From contig JBBABA010000007.1 of assembly GCA_041657955.1 (NCBI GenBank), positions 27,117-91,116 of the forward strand: a DNA stretch of 64,000 bases, given 5' to 3'. The translations under genes and the position numbers were made by a program. Positions 29,923 to 39,300 of this stretch are shown piece by piece. The notes beneath the pieces are model-generated. The model ran no database searches. It was not told the origin of the DNA and saw only the letters and a list, made by a program, of their open reading frames with translations. The stretch comes from Thermoplasmata archaeon (GTDB lineage: Archaea > Thermoplasmatota > JASEFT01 > JBBABA01). Position 1 is the first letter of the stretch; each line of letters begins with the position of its first letter.

Positions 29923-32900
29923 ATGACACGTCACAAAACTTTGGTCATAAGCATTGCATTATTTGTAGTTGTCACGATGTGCACCGCATTCCTAATTTCA
30001 CTAGAAACAAACCAACATCAATTTATGAAGGACTCCGATACGCATAACACATATCGCAACATCGTATCCGTGAGAGGACCACTGCCACCAGTTATAGAGA
30101 ACTATACCCCCGCATCCGATTCTATAACGATTTCGGAGGGCGATAGCCAAATATTCAATATAACAGCAAGCGTTGTTGAAAATGCGACTTCGAATTTTAC
30201 ATGGTATTTAGACGGACAACTCGTATCCGCCTCAGAGAATTATACCTCAGATAACTATACTTTTGTATCAAACTATAGTTCTGCAGAAGGAGGCAGTGCA
30301 GGCGTCTATAATATTATAGTATATTTGGTTTATAACAACATTAGCGGCAGTATAACTGTTAACATTTCACGTCCCTGGTCTATTCTAGTAAATGATGTGA
30401 ATTTAACATCTATGGTGACATTGGCACCAACGCCCGCAGTGAACACCACCATAACCGAGGAAGAAAACCGAACATTCTATACAAACACCAGCAATATCGA
30501 TACAAACAAAGCAAACATATCTATGAAATGGTATTTGAACGGCGAAATAGTTTCTACATCGGATAATTACACGTTTGTAGCGAATTATAGCTCTTCCGGC
30601 GTGTATAACGTAACACTCAATATCACAGATGGACAGCACTACCGCATATCCGAATGGTTGTTGACTGTGACAGATGTCCATAGATTAACATCAGTATACC
30701 CAGTGTTAACATACCCCGCAATAAACGAGAACGAAAGCTATACATTCAACATAACCACAAGCAGCCCCAGCATATACCCCCCGAACATCACATGGTATGT
30801 AAACGGGATACCGCAATCATTCCTAGAAAACTATACTTTCGTTTCGAATTACACCTCCGCGGGAGCATACAACATAACCGCAAACGTCGTTGATATGGAA
30901 TCCAATTTCACATATACATGGAATTTGACAGTAAGTGATGTAAACTGTCTTCAATTGATAAGTACAACGTTGGTTGTTGGAAATCAAACATTCAATGAAA
31001 ATCAAACATACATGTTTGTTCCGGATGTTGCCTGGTTAAATTGGACAAGCCTCTCGTTTAAATGGTACCTTAACGGCACGTTGGTATCTACGTCGCAGAA
31101 TTATACATTTGCTACCAACTACTCTTCTGCAAGTGCCTATGTTCTAAGATTGAATATAGCGGACAGCAATTATTCCGCTGATTTTACTTGGAATATTACT
31201 GTCGTTGATACTCCAAGACCGCCGATAATCCAATCCGCCGACCCTTCGATAAACGATTGCCTCCTATTAGAAGGAAGCAGCCAGACGTTTAATATTATAG
31301 TTACAGACACAACGGATTATTCTCCGAGCATATACTGGTATTTAGATGGAAATTTGGTTTCCACATCCACTTCCTTTGTGTTTGAAACGAATTATAGTTC
31401 TGCTGGATTTTATAACTTGACTGTAAACGTCACCGGCAGCGAAGGCAACGCCACAAAAAATTGGTTTGCAGAAGTAAGGGACCTAAACCGACCGCCAATA
31501 ACTACGAGATCTCCGGTGACGGATAATATCACGATAAACGAAACAACGAACGTGATTTTTACAATACGTGCAACAGACCTAGACGGCGATATGATTACAA
31601 TAAACTGGTCCTTGGATGGGGTTTTGATACCCAGCGCATATGAAACATATTCCTATATCCCGAATTACGTTTCCGCAGGTATACATAATGTAACTGTTAA
31701 CATCTCGGATGGTAAATCGAAGATAGTGTATGAGTGGAACATAACGGTGATGAACGTAAACAGAAAACCGACAATCATAAATTATATTCCAACGTCCAGC
31801 CCGACGATTATTGAATGTGAGAATCGAACATTTAACATCTCTGCCGTTGATCCGGATGGTGACCAGACAATAACAAACTGGTATTTGGACGATATACTTG
31901 TTGCGGCGAACTCCACCGCATACGAATTCGATACAGATTATTCATCTGCCAAGACGTACGTTCTAATCGCAAGGATAACAGACGGCGAGCTTGAAGTGTC
32001 CCATAGTTGGCTTATAACTGTTCTAAATAATAACAGGCCGCCCGAGATAAAGAGCGTAACACCGGCAAATCCAAACATTAGCATCAGCGATGGCGATACT
32101 GTTACATTCACTGCCGAATCCTCAGACGCCGACGGAACAGTTCCCATAATGAAGTGGTACTTAGACGATGCCCTTGTAGGAATCGGCACAACCTGCGTAT
32201 ACAATGCAGATTTCAATTCGTCTGGAACGCGCATATTTACGTTGTTAGTCACTGATGGCGAGGATTCCGAAAGGAACGTCTGGTGGATGAATATAACTGA
32301 CATAAACCGAGTTCCGATAATATATAAAACGATGCCTAGCGCAACACCAGTGACAATTACCGGGGGGGAAATGAACTTTAGCGTCGAAGTAATGGATTTA
32401 GATAATGACGCCTTATCATTTTATTGGTACCTGAATGGAACCGCAGTATCGAATTTTAAAAACTACACCATGCAGTTTAACCGTTCCTCTTCCAAAATAT
32501 ACAACCTCACTGTGATTGTTTCGGATAACAAATCAAATACGTCATACTATTGGACTCTTTACGTGAACATTTCGAACAAGAGGCCCATAGCCACAATTGT
32601 TTCGATAAACCCGAGCAACGCTACGCTCAAACAAAACATCGAATTTGTGGGCAACGGTACTGATGAAGATGGCATAGTCACCGGGTATCAATGGCGGTCG
32701 AGCATAGATGGCATCCTCAACAATAGTAAAAACTTCAATACCTCTAATCTTTCGCCCGGGAAGCATGCGATTTATCTAAAAGTCAAAGACAATGACAGCG
32801 AATGGTCTGATGAAGTAAACTCGACAGTGAGTATTAATCTTAGCCAGGAAACGACGACTCCTGCCGCACCCCCGCAGAAGGTCAACAATATTATTACCAT

Positions 32901-33156
32901 AGGGATTGTTGCAGGCACCGTTACTCTCATCGTATTGATACCCGTTTTTTACATCATAACAGTTAGAAAAGCGCCAACGAAGAAAGGATTAGTTTCAGAA
33001 ACGAGCAAACCCATAAAAAAGGTCGTGAAAAAAAGAAAACGGCCGAAAACCAGATTTTGCGCTCACTGCAAAAAGGAGATTCCGCGAGAGCTGATAGAAG
33101 TCGGGTGGGCAGAATGCCCCCATTGCGGAAAAGAGTGGGAGTCTCCTCATAAATAA
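29923..33156 (+). CDS. Type I membrane protein with ~10 PKD/Ig-like repeats and a cytoplasmic zinc-ribbon tail
   Basis: N-terminal signal-anchor, then ten ~95-aa repeats each ending W.(L/I)TV.DVNR.P. Each repeat holds a NYTF.(S/T)NYSSAG.YN(I/V)T motif (PKD-like Y..G.Y). TM helix at ~32885-32965. The tail is CAHC...CPHC (33052-33135). The gene starts 16 nt after the giant gene stop. Confidence 0.8.
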   Translation: MTRHKTLVISIALFVVVTMCTAFLISLETNQHQFMKDSDTHNTYRNIVSVRGPLPPVIENYTPASDSITISEGDSQIFNITASVVENATSNFTWYLDGQLVSASENYTSDNYTFVSNYSSAEGGSAGVYNIIVYLVYNNISGSITVNISRPWSILVNDVNLTSMVTLAPTPAVNTTITEEENRTFYTNTSNIDTNKANISMKWYLNGEIVSTSDNYTFVANYSSSGVYNVTLNITDGQHYRISEWLLTVTDVHRLTSVYPVLTYPAINENESYTFNITTSSPSIYPPNITWYVNGIPQSFLENYTFVSNYTSAGAYNITANVVDMESNFTYTWNLTVSDVNCLQLISTTLVVGNQTFNENQTYMFVPDVAWLNWTSLSFKWYLNGTLVSTSQNYTFATNYSSASAYVLRLNIADSNYSADFTWNITVVDTPRPPIIQSADPSINDCLLLEGSSQTFNIIVTDTTDYSPSIYWYLDGNLVSTSTSFVFETNYSSAGFYNLTVNVTGSEGNATKNWFAEVRDLNRPPITTRSPVTDNITINETTNVIFTIRATDLDGDMITINWSLDGVLIPSAYETYSYIPNYVSAGIHNVTVNISDGKSKIVYEWNITVMNVNRKPTIINYIPTSSPTIIECENRTFNISAVDPDGDQTITNWYLDDILVAANSTAYEFDTDYSSAKTYVLIARITDGELEVSHSWLITVLNNNRPPEIKSVTPANPNISISDGDTVTFTAESSDADGTVPIMKWYLDDALVGIGTTCVYNADFNSSGTRIFTLLVTDGEDSERNVWWMNITDINRVPIIYKTMPSATPVTITGGEMNFSVEVMDLDNDALSFYWYLNGTAVSNFKNYTMQFNRSSSKIYNLTVIVSDNKSNTSYYWTLYVNISNKRPIATIVSINPSNATLKQNIEFVGNGTDEDGIVTGYQWRSSIDGILNNSKNFNTSNLSPGKHAIYLKVKDNDSEWSDEVNSTVSINLSQETTTPAAPPQKVNNIITIGIVAGTVTLIVLIPVFYIITVRKAPTKKGLVSETSKPIKKVVKKRKRPKTRFCAHCKKEIPRELIEVGWAECPHCGKEWESPHK

Positions 33157-33394
33157 AATTAAACCATATGATCGTTTACCGGGGAAAGAGCATTTGCGGC
33201 CGCGTGAAGTTTAAGGAACCCCGTGAATTTAAAAGAAGGCATTGTACCGTTTATGAAGATGACCCACTAGTAAACTTCTTATATGTGGTAGATAAATTAG
33301 GTGAAATTTCCAATAATTGTAATCTATGCATAGTAGCATATATATGGGTGATAACAGTTGAGTGTAAGTCGAATGAAGTGGATGAGGAAAATAG

Positions 33395-36300
33395 ATGATG
33401 CTGATGAATGAAGAGAACAAGAAACCAGTTATAAGTTATAATAATCTAAAATCCCTTTGGTTAAACGAGAATTTTAGAATCGGGATTCTACTGATATGCA
33501 TATTTATCTTAGCACTCTTCTTAAGAACATACTTTGTGGTCGGTCCGTCCACTGCGGGTTTTGACGTTTCTGGTGGCTCAGATACCTTTTATTATAAGAG
33601 AACCATAGATTATGCACAGACGAATCACCGCCAGCTGACATGGGACCCGCTTCTTAACTATCCTTCCGGCTCCATAAACCCCAGGCCTCCTTTCTACACG
33701 TGGACAACTGTGGTTCTAGGAGATGTCTTGACGCCGGTCACCAGCCCGCTGCTCGGCTGGGACGAGTACACGACTACATTCTATATGTTCATGCTTATGC
33801 CTGCATTGTTCGGTGCGTTAACAGTCATCCCGCTCTACTACCTGGGCAGGGACATGTTCGGCAAAAAAGCAGGATTGATCGCGGCCTTTTTCTTGGCAAT
33901 AACACCTGGTCACTTAGAACGCTCGACGTTTGCTTTTTCAGACCATGATTCTTTTCTATTATTCTTTACAGTCTGCGGATTCTTTTTTTATTTACGATCT
34001 TTAGAAAAACTTGGCGACGAATATTGGGTGCGCGATTGGAAGAGCCCTACATCCATATTTACTGGCCTCAAATATTTCCTCAAACGAAATAAAATAGCGA
34101 TTGGTTATGCGGCGATGGCTGGCATGTCCTTCGGTGCTGTTTCCCTCGGTTGGCAAGGTTTTACGTATGTATTTGCGATTATATTTATCTATTATGTCGT
34201 CCAGATATTGACTAACCACGCGAGGCGTGTAGATTCTCTTGGCATTGCCGTTTGTACAGCTATATCCTTGGCTATTCCGTTGTTTATATCTATTCCACCG
34301 TATAATGCTACTGGCCTGGCCCTTACAGAGTGGGGTTTGTTGCCTGGTTTCATCATTCTCCTCGCGGTAATATGCGCAGCTTTTATCCTTGTACCGACAA
34401 GGGATTTCCCTTTGATACTAGTTATCGGAGTTACGGCGTTCATCACAGCGATGGCGCTTCTGATACTGACTTTTGTTATCCCAAGCATCGGCAATATGTT
34501 GTTCACTGGTGCAGGATACTTTATAAAAAACAAGTTGTACTCTACCATCGCGGAGGCGCAACCTGGCGATTTCAGCAGATTGGTGTTTTCGTATGGCCCA
34601 ATAACATTTTATCTGGCATTAATAGCGATAGTTTTTGCTGTATTGAGAACTTACAAAACATGGAAGAGCGCAGACGTATTCGCTACAGTGTGGGCAATTG
34701 TGTCGATTTACATGGCCCTGTCCGCAGTAAGATTTATGTTTAACGCCAGTCCTGTCTTTGCCGTACTTGCGGGCTATGGTTTATGGGAGATCATGAGAAG
34801 ACTGGATTTCCACACAGTTTGGAAGAACATTAAAGCTGCAAAGGGGGAGAGACTCCACACGTTTAGGAGGGAAGTAAAAAGCCTCCACATACTGGGTGTC
34901 TTGTTCGTGGCATTCTTGGTGTTGTATCCTAATCTGTGGTATGCCTTCGATGCGAGTATACCATTTGAGAAAAAGAAGGAGTATGACCAGAAGATATACG
35001 ACATTACGCCGGCGTTTCTCAGACCAGAAGGCTATGAGGGGGGGGGGCTATGGTATCTCGGCTCATTCGGCCCTTCATTTTCATCAGAATACTGGATAGA
35101 TGGTTATAAATGGCTTTCCGAACAGGATAATGACGTACCGGCAGAGATGAGGCCTGCGTTCGTGAGTTGGTGGGACTACGGATTCGAGGCGGCGCAATCC
35201 GGAAAACACCCGACTGCCGCAGATAACTTCCAGGCGGGATATCAATTTGCAGGAAATGTTATTACATCTCAGAATGAAAGTATGACCGTATCTATGTTCA
35301 TAATTCGCTTACTTGAAGGGGGCTCGGCATGGGAAAATAATGTTTCCAGTGGACGATTTAGTAAGGAAATAAGAGATGTTCTTGTTAATCGTTTAGGCAA
35401 TGAAAGGACAAACAAACTAGAAAAGATTATGACAGGGACTAGTGAAATTGTTGATATGGTGAATAATGACCCGGGCAAATATGAAATATTCAACCCGGAC
35501 ACAAATGAATATTCGGGACACAGCGACCTTACCTATTTCAATGCCAGGTACCTAGTGGGCCGTGCGTTACTAGAAGAACTAAACGACGAGTCGTTAGTAT
35601 CGTTATACCATGACGTTCGCGATGTAATGGGAAAATCTATCAGATACTTTGCAATCGACTCCAGACTGTTTCCGTTTAGCGCCACGAACACCGGCATATT
35701 CTATGCACCAGTAAAATTGGCCGATTACAGGATTATAGACGGCCAGCCGATAGATTTCATCGAAACCAAAGTAGAAACCGAAAGCGGCACTATAATGACA
35801 ATAGAGGATGCGAGCGAGATGGCACAAAAGGATTCAACATTTAGAATCAAGGATTACGTTCTAGAATACAAGAGGTCATTTTACAACAGTATGCTGTATA
35901 GGACGTACATAGGTTATAGCGGCTATGATTTAGGCATGGGAGACCAAGGCGTACCCGCAATCGCTCCAAAAGGGGAATTTGCCAACAACGATCAATTTTA
36001 TCCTATGCAGGGCTGGATGATGAAACATTTTAAACTCGCGTATAAAACAGCGTATTGGAACCCATATAACAGAAGCGTGGTAGAACAGTATCAGAACGCC
36101 TGGGTATTAATGTCTTACGATAAAGCCATCGAAAACCAAAAAACCTTTGGCGGTACAATAACAACATCTCTTTATTCCGCCGTGATGTTTCTGAAATATT
36201 ACGATGGCGCATTCATTAATGGAAGTATAAAAACCGAGGGCGGAATGCCGATACCAAATGTGCGGGTTACGGTTTTTGACGAATATGAAACACCGCACGA

Positions 36301-39300
36301 TACAGTACTCACAAACGAGTCTGGCTTCTACAGCATATTGGCGCCCTATGGCAACACGACCCTTAGGGTTTCATCCGGCGGCAGTCTCGACCAGCTGTTT
36401 CAAATCGAAAAGACAGTGCTCAACACAACAAACATAATAATCAGCGATGCTCAAGCCATGAGAGAAAATATAGACAACGACAGAGACGGCACTTATGACT
36501 ACAATATCAGAAATGACATAACGCTGAAATCTATAAAACTCACAGTCGAGACCAGAATAGATAACGCGGTGACAGATAAAACAGCGATAATAACACTAGA
36601 GAGCCCATCCCCAGTGCAGACAAAGAGCGTGAATACTGTAAACGGGGTCGCCGTGTTTAGCGACGTCGCCCCCAGCACATACGATATAACCGCTAAGTTC
36701 GGCAATCATACATCAATGCCTTTCGAGGCTACTTTTACACCTACGGACGCAGACGCCCCGCAGACCAGAACAATAAACGTCAATGGTTCTGTGATAGGAG
36801 GTTTCGTTAAATTGAGTGATGGAACCACAAAAGATAGTATCCGCCTCTCTCTTTATGATGAAGATGATAAAACTAAAAAAGAAACCACAAGCGGGAGCGA
36901 TGGGGCGTATACATTTAGCGGGCTGTTGCCTGGAAACTACACCCTTTCCGTAAAAGAGCCGGGTTTTCTGCCATTCACCAAATTATACACATTTACCGGA
37001 ACAGCGATAACAGAGGACGGGGAGGAAACAGACAGAGAGATAAGACTCGACGAGAACGTTAGCCTTATTCAACGAATTGTTGTAAACGGCTCAATTAGCG
37101 GCATTACTCAAGATGGTATAGCAGTCCCCCTCACAAACGCTATGATGCGATTCGATAACATGGATGGCGGCATAAGTGTGACCAGCATATCGAACGAAAG
37201 CGGTGCATATACTGTAGAATTGCCAAACGGAAATTTCACTGTGTACTCGAAATACGATTACGCTTATTGGAAATTAGAGAGTAAAACATCCGATACGTTT
37301 GTACACCTTTCAAGACTAAACACCGGCGATTTGGAAAAAACCGACTTCTATTACAATATCACTGCGAGCAATTCTAAACATATTAGTAAGGTGGATGGAA
37401 CGGTATATGCCGACCTCAACGATAACGGCATAAATGAAGCTTCCGAAATAGTTACCGATACATGTGTCACTTTCACTTCAATGGACAATGCTTCCCTAAA
37501 TCTACCGACGAACGCTAATGGCTCATATCGTACATACATCCCACAGGGAAGGTACTTTGTAAATGCTACATACTACGACTACGCGGCTATGAACGATTCC
37601 GTGTATGCGTATGCAGACATTATAAACATCAACGAAAAGGCTATGGAGTTGCCGCCGATTGTTTTACGAAAGGCCGCGAAGGTAAGCGGTATGCTGTATT
37701 GGGACCACAACAACGACAGTGAATATAATATAGGAGAGGAATTGAGTGATACAACTATCCTATTTTGGAACAATAAGTGCTCAATAAAAACAATGTCTAG
37801 TGACAATGGCTCTTATCAAATATTTTTGCCACGGGGAAACGAATACAATATTACAGGAGTTTATTATAACGTAATGGATAGGACAGATATCGTATCAGAC
37901 AACGATAAAGTAGCTGACATTTCGCTTGAACCGAAAAACATTACAGTAACTACTAGAGTATATTACGATAGCAATAATAATGGTGTGTTCGACAACAATG
38001 AAGTGCCCATAGATAACATTCTCTTAAATTTTGAGGGGATCGGAGCATACACCAAGAGCGTGTATAATATAACTACGGTAAGTGGGAAGTGCAATGTCTC
38101 GTTGATACCTGGAAAATATAGAATAATAAATTCTACAAATATAGAAAACAAGACGTATTATTCCTATTCTATAGACGTAAATATAGATATCGGAAACAAA
38201 CCTATAGCCATAGAGGTTTCTGCTGAGAAGTTGGTATATGTTAACGTGAGTGCGTTTGTAGAAAACACCGGGGAGTATGTTTCCGCGCAAGTGGAATTCG
38301 CGGTAAAAGGAAATCGCGGAGAAAACAAGACTTTCGTCGCAACCAACGGCTCATATTCAGGGTACATAAGGGCGGGCGAATATAATGTCTGGAGTGAATA
38401 TGTAAACCAGACCGATAACAAACATTACGTGAGCCTATTTAAGACCGTAATAAATAATGAACCGAGCATCGCAATTACACTCGTTGAAGGCATGAGAATT
38501 CTTGCCTCCGCTACATACATAAATGCGATTGGCCTCGCTACCAACGTTGGAGAAACGGACATTCCGGTCAAATTTACAAAGATAGATGACAAAGCGATTA
38601 GGACTATTTCGCTCGGAAATCTTGGAGCAGGCAGCGTCTATCTTCCGCCTACAGAGTATATGCTGAATATAGATTACAGTAAAGACGAGGGTTCGGGGCC
38701 GACTGTAAACGCAAAATACTCGTATTACAAACCCGAGGAGAATATACCTTCACCGTCCATCTCCGTAACGTCATATAACCTTTCGATTCCACTAAACAAA
38801 ACAGTTAGAGCGTACGGAACCACATTCTTCGATAAAAACAACAATGGAATGAGCGATTCTGGCGAAGAACAAAGTAATGTAAGGGTCACCTTCTTTGGCA
38901 ATAAGGGAGGAACCTATGAGTGCACTACGGATACAAGTGGACAGTATAATTTTTATGCACCGTTCGATGTCTACAGGGTAAAAGTTGAAAAAATTGGTTT
39001 TGAGGAGGAACCGGTTGTTGGAAGCGTTGCAATAACTCCTGGAAATGTAATGAATAACATCAGTATAGTGCAGATAGAACCGCTCCTAAATGGTATTGCT
39101 TATTATGATGATGCACGAGATGGAATATACAACGGCACTGAACAGAAAGTCTACATGACTAAACTGGAATTCGTAGGAGAACGCAATACATCTGCACCTC
39201 TTGATACAATCACTAGCGATGGGTATCATGGTATCAAACTGTCGCCGGGCAAATATACGGTGTATGCAGTCGGTTACGATACGGCCCAGAACATTTACTC

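Noticed and set aside
33168-33398. 76-aa ORF in the PKD-AglB intergenic gap
   Set aside because: No motifs and Cys/Asn-rich. It ends in the AglB start region. The gap more plausibly holds the AglB promoter (atatatat ~50 nt upstream of the ATG).
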